From an uncultured Gammaproteobacteria bacterium (GTDB taxonomy: Bacteria; Patescibacteriota; Microgenomatia; Daviesbacterales; UBA10151): 64,000 bases of DNA. Made by a program: the position numbers and the translations under genes. The notes under the pieces are model-generated. The model had not been told where the DNA came from, made no database searches, and worked only from the letters and a program-made list of their open reading frames with translations. Each line of letters begins with the position of its first letter. Within the stretch, counting starts at the first letter, position 1. The DNA is taken from assembly GCA_964415615.1 (NCBI GenBank), contig CAYQAW010000004.1:21543-85542 (forward strand), in the 5' to 3' direction. Shown here one piece after another: positions 43,504-53,838 of the stretch.

Positions 43504-46192
43504 AACAGTGTATTATAAGCATCCCCTATTAGCAACTTGTATCATTATACTAAGCTGTTTCTGGATTTTTTGGTCTCCTGGAATCAGAGTAGCAACTGAT
43601 TACCATCTGTCTTCCAAAGTAGGTTTGCTAAGTATTTTTCCTTGGAGCTGGAGAGAATTTGAGGTGGGGGATGGATTAGGAGAGTATACCGCTGTGACTT
43701 TATGGAGCCAGCCGCTTTTGTCATTATCTTCCTTATTAAATTTTACTTTTGTTGGTGACGAGGTTCCAACAAAAATAATAGGAGCGATTATACTAATAGG
43801 TGGCATACTGGGTATCTGGAAATTGTTAGATTATTTTAAGCTTGGAAATTGGGGAAAATGCTTAGCTTCGGTATTCTTTATTTTGAACAGCTTTTTTTTA
43901 TTAATGTTTGATGGAGGGCAATTTTCACTTAATTTAGCCTATGTTAGTATTCCTTATGCCTTGTTAGCCTTTATAAAACTGGTAGAGTCTGGTCTCTGGC
44001 AGGATAGAGTTAAGTTTACTATTACTATCTTACTAATATCCTCTCTTGATATAAGAATATTATTTTTGTCGGTAATTATTTTAGGATTATACCTTTTGGG
44101 TAAGATTCTAGTTAAGTTTAAAGCGAGAGAAACGGTCAAACTATTTAAAAATTTGTATTTATCCGTTTTGTTTACTGGCGTTATTTTAGTTGGATTCCAT
44201 GCTTATTGGTTATTACCTTCTTTCATTGCTAAGTCTCCTAGTTTACCCTTAACTTATGATCGCTTAGATCAAGTAAGATTTTTAAGCTTTTCTTCTATAG
44301 CCCATTCTTTATTCTTACAGCAACCTCACTGGTATAAAAATATTTTTGGTCACATTAGCCAGCCTCAATTTGAGTTTATATTGATACCAATACTAGTATT
44401 TCTATCTCCGATATTAATTAAAAGGAATCGTTGGATAACCTTTTGGTTAGGTGTGGCTTTGCTAGGAGTGTTTTTGAGCAAGGGTTCACAAGATCCTTTG
44501 TCTGGTATATATTTGTGGTTATTTAGTTATTTTCCTTTCTTCTCTGTTTTTAGAGATCCAGTTAAGTTCTATTTTTTAACAGCTTTAGCCTACAGTGTGT
44601 TAATAGGTTTTACTACTGATGCTATTACCAAACTTCAAAGGATCAATCGGATTACTAGTCTGAGTATTAAATTAGCGCCTAAATTAATTTTACTTTACCT
44701 GATTATATTGATCAATCCAATGTATTTAGGCCAAATGCTGGGTATGATCTCACAACCAGTAAATTTAGAAAAATATAGAGGTATGGCAAATATCTTAAGG
44801 GCTGACTCATCGTTTTCCCGAGTTTTATGGTTACCATTTAGCCAACCACTTAGCTATTCTAGTCTTGCGCACCCTTTACTTGAGGCCTCCAGACTATCTA
44901 CTAAAAGACCCTTTGCAATAGGAACAGTTGGGACATATGAGACAAATAACTTCCTGAGAGAAGCTCCATATATGGGTGAAATCTTTGATGTGGCAGGGAT
45001 TGGTTATATTGTAAATCCTTATCTTGATCCAAGAAGGGATGATATGCATCCTGATAATATTAAGTATTACTATACTTTTTTGGATCAGCTTTCAAGAAGG
45101 CCCTGGCTTACAAGATTAGAGAACCCTTACATACCTGTTTTAAAGACGAAGCAACATCAAGATAAATTTTTTGTTTCCTCTAATACTTGGTGGGTTATTG
45201 GATCAGACAATATCTATAATCAGGCAACGACAAGCGCGAATTTAAGACTTGCCAACAATGCCATGATATTTGTTGAAGAATCACCAGGTTTGGGTAATAG
45301 AATTGATGAGTTATCAGATGTTAAGGTGATACTAAACAATAAGACTAATACAGACTTTGCAGCAAGCTTTATCGATCCTTTAAAACTAATTTTTCCAGCG
45401 AAGAGTTTAAACTTTAGTCCTGATAAATCTGGCTGGTGGAAGAGGGAAGCAGCAGATTTAGTTTCTTGGAGAGCTTTTTTACGCAGTAAATACAATATTG
45501 ATAACCTGGATTTTGATTTAGGCGGCGGATGGGCAATAGGAGAAGGAAAATTAGAATTAAGAATTATGAATTATGAATTAAGGCAAGACAAGATATTACT
45601 AGCAAGGGTGATGGAGAGTTCAAGAAGTGGAGAATTAAAATATTATCAGGATGGGAAATTACTTGGTCAGATAAATACTAAGAATCAAGAGAACAATGTG
45701 AGATGGTTTGAGGTAGGTAGATTAAATTCTGATAGGGCATTAACAATTGTTTCAGAGGGAGATATTAATGTGGTGAATGCTTTAGCGGTTTTAGATAAAA
45801 ACGAATGGTTAGGTTATCAAGATAAAGCTAAGGAGCTGCAGGAAAGGGTTGTAACTTTTGATGAGAAGAATGCTCAAAATATCTCACAACCTGCAGTTAG
45901 ATATGAACAGATAAATCCTACTAAATATAAAGTAATTATAAGTAATTTGACTCAATCTGCATTTTTGGTATTTTCTCAGAATTATGATGGTTTATGGAAA
46001 ATAGATAATCAACCTTCTCTGCCAGTATATAGTCTGCTAAATGGGTTTAGAGTAGATAAAAATGGGGAATATACAGTTGAATTTGAGCCTCAAAAATATA
46101 TAATTCCAGGGTTAATAGTAACAGCTATTACTTGTTTCTCTTTAATTTTTATCTTAGTTTTCACCACAAAAAAATTCAAATCTAGGCTATAA
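43487..46192 (+). CDS. Giant polytopic membrane protein, paralogue 4 of the YfhO/AftD-like family
   Basis: 901 aa. 'FRDPVKFYFLTALAYSVLIGF' corresponds to the 'RNPFEKLGILLPLIYAILFAYGL' motif. It has a hydrophilic C-terminal domain ending 'NGFRVDKNGEYTVEFEPQ' plus a terminal TM. Confidence 0.6.
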   Translation: MIKNSKTVYYKHPLLATCIIILSCFWIFWSPGIRVATDYHLSSKVGLLSIFPWSWREFEVGDGLGEYTAVTLWSQPLLSLSSLLNFTFVGDEVPTKIIGAIILIGGILGIWKLLDYFKLGNWGKCLASVFFILNSFFLLMFDGGQFSLNLAYVSIPYALLAFIKLVESGLWQDRVKFTITILLISSLDIRILFLSVIILGLYLLGKILVKFKARETVKLFKNLYLSVLFTGVILVGFHAYWLLPSFIAKSPSLPLTYDRLDQVRFLSFSSIAHSLFLQQPHWYKNIFGHISQPQFEFILIPILVFLSPILIKRNRWITFWLGVALLGVFLSKGSQDPLSGIYLWLFSYFPFFSVFRDPVKFYFLTALAYSVLIGFTTDAITKLQRINRITSLSIKLAPKLILLYLIILINPMYLGQMLGMISQPVNLEKYRGMANILRADSSFSRVLWLPFSQPLSYSSLAHPLLEASRLSTKRPFAIGTVGTYETNNFLREAPYMGEIFDVAGIGYIVNPYLDPRRDDMHPDNIKYYYTFLDQLSRRPWLTRLENPYIPVLKTKQHQDKFFVSSNTWWVIGSDNIYNQATTSANLRLANNAMIFVEESPGLGNRIDELSDVKVILNNKTNTDFAASFIDPLKLIFPAKSLNFSPDKSGWWKREAADLVSWRAFLRSKYNIDNLDFDLGGGWAIGEGKLELRIMNYELRQDKILLARVMESSRSGELKYYQDGKLLGQINTKNQENNVRWFEVGRLNSDRALTIVSEGDINVVNALAVLDKNEWLGYQDKAKELQERVVTFDEKNAQNISQPAVRYEQINPTKYKVIISNLTQSAFLVFSQNYDGLWKIDNQPSLPVYSLLNGFRVDKNGEYTVEFEPQKYIIPGLIVTAITCFSLIFILVFTTKKFKSRL

Positions 46193-46200
46193 TAATTAAT

Positions 46201-47475
46201 ATGCTTAGATCTATTTTTAAAACCGCAACATTTAAGCAATCGCAAATCACAACGGTAGGGACTGTTCTAAATGGAGGACTGGGGGCTCTTTTTTATGTTT
46301 TGCTAGCCAGATTTATGGGGCCTGCTGAGTTTGGGTTGCTGACCATCTCCATAACTACATTAGTGCTTATAGCAGATATTGCGGATATAGGTACAAATAC
46401 AGGTTTGATTCGCTTTGTTTCCTTAAATATGGCGCAAAATAGAGAAAAGGGCTTAAAGTTTTTAAAATTAAGTTTAGAAATAAAGCTAGTAGCATGGCTT
46501 TTAGCGTTTATAACCATCTTTCTATTGTCTCCATTTTTGGCAAATCAAATTTTCCATAAGCCTGAGCTAATTTGGCCACTTAGGCTTGTGGGGTTTGGTG
46601 TGGGAGGAGCATTGCTTTTTAGTTTTGTTACCTCTAGCTTGCAGGCGTTCCAGAGGTATTTTATGTGGAGTATGGTAAATATTGTCACTAACGCTTTACG
46701 TCTGGTTTTGGTTTTTGTTTTGGGCTATTACCTGCTGATCAATGTTGAAAGTGTTTTATTTGTGTATGTTCTCTTACCTTTTTTTGGGTTTTTTTTGACA
46801 CTTTTTATTCTGCCAAGCAGGGATGTATTTAGAGCAAAAGATGAATTCAATTTACTTCAGGAACTTCTAAAGTATAATATGTCGGTAGCTCTTTTTTCGA
46901 TTTTTGCCGCATTTTCCGCTAGATTAGATACTTTTCTAAATGCAGCTTTGCTTTCCAGCAGAGAAGTGGGTATTTATGGAGCGGCGAATCAGTTGGTTCA
47001 AATTATGCCTCAACTAGTGTCAGCCTTGGGATTAGTTTCAGCTCCCAAATTTGCCTCCTTTCAAAAAAATAATCAAATGCTGGTTTACTTTAAAAAGTTT
47101 CAGCTTTTTGTCTTAGGGCTGTGTTTGGTTGGGCTTTTAACCATTCCTATTTCAGCTTATCTGATTCCAATGCTTTTTGGTTCATCTTACCGTGAGGCGG
47201 TAACACCCTTTGTATATTTATTTTTAGGGCAGCTAATTTTTCTTTTCTCAATACCAGTGCATCATAGTATCATCTTTTATTTCGGTAGGCCAGATATTTT
47301 TATCTGGGTGGCTTTAGGGAATCTTGCGATAATTGGTGGTTTAGGATATTGGATGATTTCAAATTTTGGGATTATAGGTGCTGCTGTTACCGTACTTGTG
47401 GGCATGCTTTTTAATTTTGTATGTCCTTTAATTTGGTTATTTATTAAATTACGGAAATCAGGAGATAAAACATGA
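46201..47475 (+). CDS. Polysaccharide/O-unit flippase, MOP superfamily (Wzx-like)
   Basis: 424 aa with about 12 TM. The N-terminus 'VLNGGLGALFYVLLARFMGPAEFGLLTISITTLVLIADIADIGTNTGLIRF' is typical of the Polysacc_synt/Wzx family. Confidence 0.7.
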   Translation: MLRSIFKTATFKQSQITTVGTVLNGGLGALFYVLLARFMGPAEFGLLTISITTLVLIADIADIGTNTGLIRFVSLNMAQNREKGLKFLKLSLEIKLVAWLLAFITIFLLSPFLANQIFHKPELIWPLRLVGFGVGGALLFSFVTSSLQAFQRYFMWSMVNIVTNALRLVLVFVLGYYLLINVESVLFVYVLLPFFGFFLTLFILPSRDVFRAKDEFNLLQELLKYNMSVALFSIFAAFSARLDTFLNAALLSSREVGIYGAANQLVQIMPQLVSALGLVSAPKFASFQKNNQMLVYFKKFQLFVLGLCLVGLLTIPISAYLIPMLFGSSYREAVTPFVYLFLGQLIFLFSIPVHHSIIFYFGRPDIFIWVALGNLAIIGGLGYWMISNFGIIGAAVTVLVGMLFNFVCPLIWLFIKLRKSGDKT

Positions 47476-48269
47476 AAATCTGGGCTAATACAATTGTGCA
47501 TAATGAGGAAAATTTTATTTGGTTTGCTATCATGAGTGTTATAGATTATGTAGATAAAATTTTAGTTTGGGATACAGGCTCGACTGATCAAACAGTCGAA
47601 ATTATTAAAGAGATAATTAAGAAAAAGGGTGATAAGATTGAGTTTAAGGAGGTTGGTCTTACTGATAAATACGAATTTACTAAAATGCGCCAGGCTATGC
47701 TTGAGCAATCAAAGTGTGATTGGATCTTAGTTTTAGATGGAGATGAGATTTGGTGGGAAGATTCAATTAAACAACTAGCTAAAGAAATCAATAGCAAGGG
47801 AAAGAGTATTGAGGGGATAGTAGTGCCAATGGTTGTGCCGGTTGGAGATATTTATCATTTCCAAGAAGAGTTAGCTGGTAGGTATAAGTTATTAGGGAAA
47901 ATGGGTCATTATAACCTGAGGGTCATCAACAGGAATATTCCTGGTTTACATGTAGCTTTTCCATATGGGAGAGAAGGTTATTTTGATATTGATGGAAATG
48001 AGGTTCAAAAAAGAAAGAAGATAATTTTTTCTGATACGCCTTATCTTCATCTTACTCACTTGGTGAGATCAAAAAAGAAAAGAATAAACAATAAGCATAA
48101 ATTAGAGTTAGGGAAAAGCTGTTCTAATGATTTTAAATATCCAGGTGTTTTGTTAGCCTCTTGCCCTGCAATTGTTCCTAATCCTTGGAGAAAAATATCT
48201 AGAGCGGATTTGATAATTGCTAAAATGATGACTCCGTTTAGAATAGTTAAAAGAAAGATTTTATTTTAA
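47472..48269 (+). CDS. Glycosyltransferase family 2-like
   Basis: 'IVHNEENFIWFAIMSVIDYVDKILVWDTGSTDQT' and 'DWILVLDGDEIWWE' (DxD). Confidence 0.6.
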   Translation: MKIWANTIVHNEENFIWFAIMSVIDYVDKILVWDTGSTDQTVEIIKEIIKKKGDKIEFKEVGLTDKYEFTKMRQAMLEQSKCDWILVLDGDEIWWEDSIKQLAKEINSKGKSIEGIVVPMVVPVGDIYHFQEELAGRYKLLGKMGHYNLRVINRNIPGLHVAFPYGREGYFDIDGNEVQKRKKIIFSDTPYLHLTHLVRSKKKRINNKHKLELGKSCSNDFKYPGVLLASCPAIVPNPWRKISRADLIIAKMMTPFRIVKRKILF

Positions 48270-48413
48270 TAGTTCCCCTTAAGAGGCGATACAGCTATAA
48301 AAGTACTATAATGGATTGTGGGGTAGTTTATTTGACCGAGGTGATCGGTTAAGAAAATATTTTTAGTTTTCATTACTTAATCATACCATCATGTCTTATG
48401 ATAATATTAATTA

Positions 48414-49952
48414 GTGAAAACAAGTTTTTTATACACTAAAGCTGAGTTTTTTTTGCTGTTTATCTTTGTTTCCCTTTCCGTTATAAAAATTGACAAGCCA
48501 GGTGTGAATACTGATCAATTACTTTTTGTAAATGCTGCTATTGGGCCGCTGGATTCCAGTTATATATATAAAGCAATACATGGAATTCCCGTGTTAATAA
48601 TGATTTATATAGGAGCACTGAAGGCCTATCTTTTCAAGCCAATCTTTTACTTATTCGGTGTTTCTATTTACTCAATTAGATTACCGATAATTGTAATTAT
48701 GACTTTTTCTTTATACCTATTGCATAAATGTATTTCCTTAGTAGACAAAAAAATAGCAATATTTACATTGATAATTCTAGCAACAGATCCAAGTTTTATT
48801 GCTTTTTCCAGAATAGATTACGGGCCGGTTGTTTTAGAATTCTTTTTTAAGGTAATCTCTTTACTTTTTTTTTATTACCTCGTTAATACAAAAAAACAAA
48901 AATATCTACTTCTTTTGTTAGCTTCGTTAGCATTGGGGCTATTTAACAAAACCAATTTTATTTGGTTTATTAATAGTTTATTATTTGCTACAGTTTTTAT
49001 CTTTAGACATGAAATTTTAGAAAAGAAGAGATTTATCTCTAGTAAACAAATATTAATAATATTTGTTTCGTATATATCATTTTTGTTTTATGGATTTTGG
49101 ATTTATAGAAAAGCTACAGTAGAGTATTCTGCAGAAGCTATCTCACTGTCTTTTTCTAAAATCTTAAACAATACTTCTATAGTCACTACTAATTTTATTA
49201 ATCTTATAAATGGTGAATCTCTTTTTAGACTAATTTACAATAAACCGCTACATGAATTTGCTACGTATTATTCGTACGTACTTATCTTGATTGTTATTCT
49301 TGGGGTTTTCTATATTATCAAAAATAGAAAACAGATTAATAATAAATTTACAAGATTTAATCTCTTTATTCTGATGCTTACTATATGTGTGTTTGTTCAG
49401 CTGTCTTTAACCTCAATTGCATTTTCGGCTTGGCATACATATTCTATTTATCCTTTTTTCGCAATACTTATTGCAATATCTTTAACTAGGATAAGGTTTT
49501 CCTATTTATTAGTAAGTGCCATAGTGCTATATAATTTGTTTTCATATTATAAATATATAAGTTATTACGATAAGCCGGTAAGCGACCTTAAATGGAGTAG
49601 TCAATTTTATGAACTTGTTAAGTTCACAGATTCTTTTTCTGGATTAGTATTGTCTACGGATGTTGGCATTCAAGCTAACTTTCTGGCTTTTTCAAATAAT
49701 TACAGTAAGTATACGCCTATAGAATGGATGGTTGATATACAATCCTATGAATCATATAAAAGTGTTCTGCAGGGATATTTTAAAAAGGATAGTAATATCT
49801 TAGTGGTTGTTCCCAATAACGAAAGCGTTATTTTTAAAGGAATACAACCTTATTTTGTCAGATTTATTAAGGACTACAGAATAAATTTAATAAAAATTAG
49901 AGAATTTAAGGATGGAGATAAAATTGCCTATACTGTTTATAAAGTAAAATAA
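48414..49952 (+). CDS. Polytopic membrane protein, possible GT-C (GT39/ArnT-like) glycosyltransferase
   Basis: 512 aa with a GTG start. Many TM helices. Related in architecture to 53814 and 57622. Assignment weak. Confidence 0.5.
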   Translation: MKTSFLYTKAEFFLLFIFVSLSVIKIDKPGVNTDQLLFVNAAIGPLDSSYIYKAIHGIPVLIMIYIGALKAYLFKPIFYLFGVSIYSIRLPIIVIMTFSLYLLHKCISLVDKKIAIFTLIILATDPSFIAFSRIDYGPVVLEFFFKVISLLFFYYLVNTKKQKYLLLLLASLALGLFNKTNFIWFINSLLFATVFIFRHEILEKKRFISSKQILIIFVSYISFLFYGFWIYRKATVEYSAEAISLSFSKILNNTSIVTTNFINLINGESLFRLIYNKPLHEFATYYSYVLILIVILGVFYIIKNRKQINNKFTRFNLFILMLTICVFVQLSLTSIAFSAWHTYSIYPFFAILIAISLTRIRFSYLLVSAIVLYNLFSYYKYISYYDKPVSDLKWSSQFYELVKFTDSFSGLVLSTDVGIQANFLAFSNNYSKYTPIEWMVDIQSYESYKSVLQGYFKKDSNILVVVPNNESVIFKGIQPYFVRFIKDYRINLIKIREFKDGDKIAYTVYKVK

Positions 49953-49959
49953 ACGTAAA

Positions 49960-50661
49960 ATGAAAAATTCTAATTTTTATACTGGTACAAAGACTTTAGA
50001 AAGTATGAATGGAGCAAAATTTTATAATAGGTGGATCTTAAATAAATTTAAACATTTTTTAAAAGGAGATATTCTTGAAGTTGGTTGTGGGATAGGGAAT
50101 TTTTCTTCTGAATTATCCAAACACGGAAAAGTAACTGCTATTGATATAGATGTAGTTTTGATAAAAGAAATTAAAAATGAAAAAGAGTTTCAAATAGATG
50201 CTGGGTGGGGAGACATAGAAAAGGGTAAATATTTTTTTCAAGGAAAAACTTTTGATACAATTGTATGTTTAAATGTTTTGGAGCATATTAATCAAGATGT
50301 GCAAGCTTTAGAAAATATATTGAAGCTTATTAAAAAAGGAGGTAACTTGATTATCATAGTTCCGATTTATCAATTCTTATATGGAGAAATAGACAAAAAT
50401 ATTGGTCATTATCGGCGATATAACCCGCAGAGTATTATAAATCAGATTAAGAGTTTAGGATTGGAAATCATTTTATATAGAAAATTAAATTTCCTAGGTG
50501 CTATTGGATGGTTTTGTGCAGGCAGAGTTCTTAAAGATAAACATGTTGAGGCAGATAGGTTGTACTTATTTAATATTTTAGCACCGTTTTTTCTGGCCAT
50601 GGAAGATTTGATAGAACCACCAGTAGGTACTTCTATTATGATTATTGCGGAGAAGAAATAG
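49960..50661 (+). CDS. Class I SAM-dependent methyltransferase
   Basis: 'ILEVGCGIGNFSSEL' and 'DTIVCLNVLEHI'. Confidence 0.65.
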   Translation: MKNSNFYTGTKTLESMNGAKFYNRWILNKFKHFLKGDILEVGCGIGNFSSELSKHGKVTAIDIDVVLIKEIKNEKEFQIDAGWGDIEKGKYFFQGKTFDTIVCLNVLEHINQDVQALENILKLIKKGGNLIIIVPIYQFLYGEIDKNIGHYRRYNPQSIINQIKSLGLEIILYRKLNFLGAIGWFCAGRVLKDKHVEADRLYLFNILAPFFLAMEDLIEPPVGTSIMIIAEKK

Positions 50662-51381
50662 ATGAAACTTTCAATAATAATTCCTGTTTATGATGAAGAA
50701 AAAACAATAATGCAAATGATAAATAAAGTGAGCAAGATTAAACTGCAAGGCGCTATAAAAAAAGAGATTATAGTAGTGGATGATGGGTCGACCGATAACA
50801 CCGCAAAGGCATTATCAAAATTTAAAATTAAAAATAGCGGACAATTTAAATCTCTAAGACATGAAAAAAATAAAGGTAAAGGTGCAGCAATTAGAACGGG
50901 CATAAAAAATTCATCGGGTGATTTCATAATAATTCAGGATGCGGATTTAGAATATGATCCAGATGATTATTCAAAGCTTTTAGAGAAGATTATTAAAAGA
51001 GACGCTTTAGTGGTATATGGTTCGAGGTTGATGAATTATCCATTAAACTTATGGGGAAAAGATAAAACGGTTTTACCAACCCATTTAATAGCTAATAAGT
51101 TTTTGACATTCCTAACAAATCTTTTATTTCAAAGTCATTTAACAGACATGGAGACAGGGTATAAACTTTTTAATAGAAAGATTTTAGAAGATTTAAATTT
51201 AAAATCCAATAATTTTGATTTTGAAGCTGAAATAACTGCTAAAATATTAAAGCATAAAATTTCTATTTATGAAGTCCCTATTGTAACTTGCCCTAGAACA
51301 TATCAAGAAGGTAAGAAGATTGGATGGAAAGATGGACTTACGGCAATTTGGACATTACTTAAGTTTCGCTTTGTTGAATGA
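50662..51381 (+). CDS. Polyprenyl-phosphate glycosyltransferase (GT2; DPM1/CsbB/GtrB/ArnC-like)
   Basis: '[14 protein letters not shown]', '[13 protein letters not shown]', '[11 protein letters not shown]' and '[12 protein letters not shown]' are collinear with dolichyl/undecaprenyl-phosphate sugar synthases. Confidence 0.8.
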   Translation: MKLSIIIPVYDEEKTIMQMINKVSKIKLQGAIKKEIIVVDDGSTDNTAKALSKFKIKNSGQFKSLRHEKNKGKGAAIRTGIKNSSGDFIIIQDADLEYDPDDYSKLLEKIIKRDALVVYGSRLMNYPLNLWGKDKTVLPTHLIANKFLTFLTNLLFQSHLTDMETGYKLFNRKILEDLNLKSNNFDFEAEITAKILKHKISIYEVPIVTCPRTYQEGKKIGWKDGLTAIWTLLKFRFVE

Positions 51382-51385
51382 TTTT

Positions 51386-52330
51386 ATGAAAGTATTATTT
51401 TTAAGCAGATACCAGAATAGTGTGGAAAGAGGCGCAGAGGTTTTTGTCAGTGAGCTTACTCAAAGATTAGCAGTAAATCATACTGTAGAGATTTTTTCCG
51501 ATAAAAAAGCAGATTCCTTAAAAGATGTATTAACAGCGAAGGCTGATGTAGTTATCCCTATAAATGGAAGGATACAAAGTTTAAAAGTTTCTTTAGGTAG
51601 ATTTATTGGAAGATATAAAATATTAATTTCAGGTCATAGCGGTAAAGGTTGGGATGATATTTGGAATATAGCAATTGTCAAACCAGATGTATTTGTGGCA
51701 TTAACAGATGAGATGAGCAATTGGGTAAAGAGATGGGCTTGGGGAAATAAGGTAGTTAAGATCCCAAACGGCGTGGATTTAAATAAATTTTCACCCAAAG
51801 GAGAAAAGATTGAACTTAACTTGAAAAAACCGATTATTTTATCGGTTGGAGCCTTGGCTTGGTATAAGCATCATGAATTGGAAATAAAGGCGGTAAGTAA
51901 ATTGAATGTAGGTTCACTACTGATAGTTGGAAAGGGGGAAGGGAAACCTGTCTTGGAAAGTTTGGGGAGACAGTTATTGGGTGATAGATTTAAAATAATG
52001 GATTTCTCCTATCAGGATATGCCTAAAGTCTACAGGTCTTGTGAAATTTTCACGCTGCCTTCCTGGAATAGGGAAGCTTTTGGAATTGCATATATTGAGG
52101 CGCTTGCTTCTGGTCTCGGAGTGATCGCTCCAGACGACCTACAGAGAAAAGAGATAATCGGTGGAGGGGGATTGTTTACTGATGTTAACGACTCGGTTCG
52201 ATATGCAGAAACAATAAAAAGAGCTTTAGAAATTGATTGGTCACAAAAAGCCAGGACGCAATCTGAAAAGTTTTCTTGGGAAAAGATCGCTTTGGAATAT
52301 GAAAAATTGATTTTGGATATGGTAGGATAA
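51386..52330 (+). CDS. Glycosyltransferase family 4
   Basis: 'EAFGIAYIEALASGLGVIAPD'. Start set at ATG 51386 (MKVLFLSRYQN). Confidence 0.65.
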   Translation: MKVLFLSRYQNSVERGAEVFVSELTQRLAVNHTVEIFSDKKADSLKDVLTAKADVVIPINGRIQSLKVSLGRFIGRYKILISGHSGKGWDDIWNIAIVKPDVFVALTDEMSNWVKRWAWGNKVVKIPNGVDLNKFSPKGEKIELNLKKPIILSVGALAWYKHHELEIKAVSKLNVGSLLIVGKGEGKPVLESLGRQLLGDRFKIMDFSYQDMPKVYRSCEIFTLPSWNREAFGIAYIEALASGLGVIAPDDLQRKEIIGGGGLFTDVNDSVRYAETIKRALEIDWSQKARTQSEKFSWEKIALEYEKLILDMVG

Positions 52331-52331
52331 A

Positions 52332-53105
52332 TTGATTATGAAATTGGATCTAACTTCCTTTTATGAAAGCTCGGAAAGGCTGGAGTATCATCCCAGCTCT
52401 TTGATGATGAAAAAGAGGACTGGAATTAAAAGATTGATTGCTTTTGATGATAGGTTTGAAAGAGTAAAAAAAGAATTAGAAAAACTGATTACACAAAATG
52501 CAAACCTGCCTGTAAAAATATTAGATATTGGGATAGGGGACGGAGTATATGAGTTTAGTTTGAATGAAGAGATTAAGGCAAAATGTGAGTTTTTCGGAGT
52601 TGATATAAGCGAAAAACAGATGGCAAGAGTACGTAAGTTATTAAAAGAATCAAAAGTAGTAGATCTAAACTTGCAGAAATTACCATATCAGGCTAATAGT
52701 TTTGATATTGTTATTGTATCTGAGATTTTAGAACATGTTTTCTATCCAGAAAAAATACTTCAGGAAGCGCAAAGAGTCTTAAAGATAAATGGATTTATCA
52801 TTTTAACCTTTCCTAACTCTTCCTGTTTGCAGCTCAGACTGGGATTGCTATTTAAGGGTAGCTCACCGCTCTTAAATTACCCGGAAAATAAGGAACATAT
52901 CAGGTTTTTCTCAAGCTCTAATATTCAAAGCTTGCTAGATAATAGTGTCAAGCTTGTAAATAAAATAGGGGTAGGATCTTTTCTTTTTGACAAATGGAAT
53001 TTTATTTCCAAAATTCCTATGCCAAGACTAATACAGGTTGTGGGGAATAAATTTTTTCCTTCTTTGGCTTTAGGAAACATACTTATTTTACAGAAAAATG
53101 ATTAG
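52332..53105 (+). CDS. Class I SAM-dependent methyltransferase
   Basis: 'ILDIGIGDGVYE' and 'FDIVIVSEILEHV'. Confidence 0.6.
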   Translation: MIMKLDLTSFYESSERLEYHPSSLMMKKRTGIKRLIAFDDRFERVKKELEKLITQNANLPVKILDIGIGDGVYEFSLNEEIKAKCEFFGVDISEKQMARVRKLLKESKVVDLNLQKLPYQANSFDIVIVSEILEHVFYPEKILQEAQRVLKINGFIILTFPNSSCLQLRLGLLFKGSSPLLNYPENKEHIRFFSSSNIQSLLDNSVKLVNKIGVGSFLFDKWNFISKIPMPRLIQVVGNKFFPSLALGNILILQKND

Positions 53106-53838
53106 CGCAACAATTATCACATTAAATGAACAGGAAAAAATTGGCAAAGCTCTTGGAAGTCTAAAGGGTCTTGCTCAGGAAGTGATAGTGGTAGATTCGG
53201 GTAGCGATGACAGCACCTTAAGTATTTGTAAAGATTTTAAGGTGCAGATCTTTATACGCAAATTCGACAATTTCGCAAATCAAAAAAATTATGCGTTATC
53301 AAAAACAAAAGGGGATTGGATTATCTCTTTGGATGCTGATGAGGAAATATCACCTGCTTTAGCAAATGAGATTCGAGAGGCGATTAAAAGCAGTGAATAT
53401 GCAGCGTATTTAATCCCAAGGAGAAATTTTATTCTAGGCGCGGAAATAAAATATTCGAGGTGGAGTCCAGACAGGCATATCTGGTTATGGAAGAAGAATA
53501 GCGGTAAATGGGTAGGAGGCGTTCATGAGGAGGTGGTTGTCAGTGGTAAAATAGGTAAGCTTGTACATAGCAAGATACATAATTCGCATAAAACATTAAA
53601 TGAATTTATCGAGACGAATAATCTATACTCTTCTTTAGAAGCAGAAAATTGGATAAAAAATAACAAAAAATTTTCTGCCTGGAATATGTTTTCAGATGCG
53701 CTACTTGAGTTTTTCTTAAGATTTTTATATAAAAAGGGATTTTTGGATGGAAGCAAGGGGTTTGCGCTTGCATATATGATGGGAATTTATAAATTAACAG
53801 TCTGGATTAAACTTTGGGAGCTGGAGAGAAGAAAATGA
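53098..53838 (+). CDS. Glycosyltransferase family 2
   Basis: 'ISATIITLNEQEKIGKALGSL...EVIVVDSGSDDST' and 'ISLDADEEI' (DxD). Confidence 0.7.
   Translation: MISATIITLNEQEKIGKALGSLKGLAQEVIVVDSGSDDSTLSICKDFKVQIFIRKFDNFANQKNYALSKTKGDWIISLDADEEISPALANEIREAIKSSEYAAYLIPRRNFILGAEIKYSRWSPDRHIWLWKKNSGKWVGGVHEEVVVSGKIGKLVHSKIHNSHKTLNEFIETNNLYSSLEAENWIKNNKKFSAWNMFSDALLEFFLRFLYKKGFLDGSKGFALAYMMGIYKLTVWIKLWELERRK

Noticed and set aside
48270-48413. Possible internal sigma70-like promoter (TTGACC ... TACTATAAT-like boxes) in the 144-bp gap before 48414
   Set aside because: The spacing between the best -35 and -10 candidates is non-canonical. AT-rich DNA gives many TATAAT-like hexamers by chance. Not supportable as a feature without transcript data.
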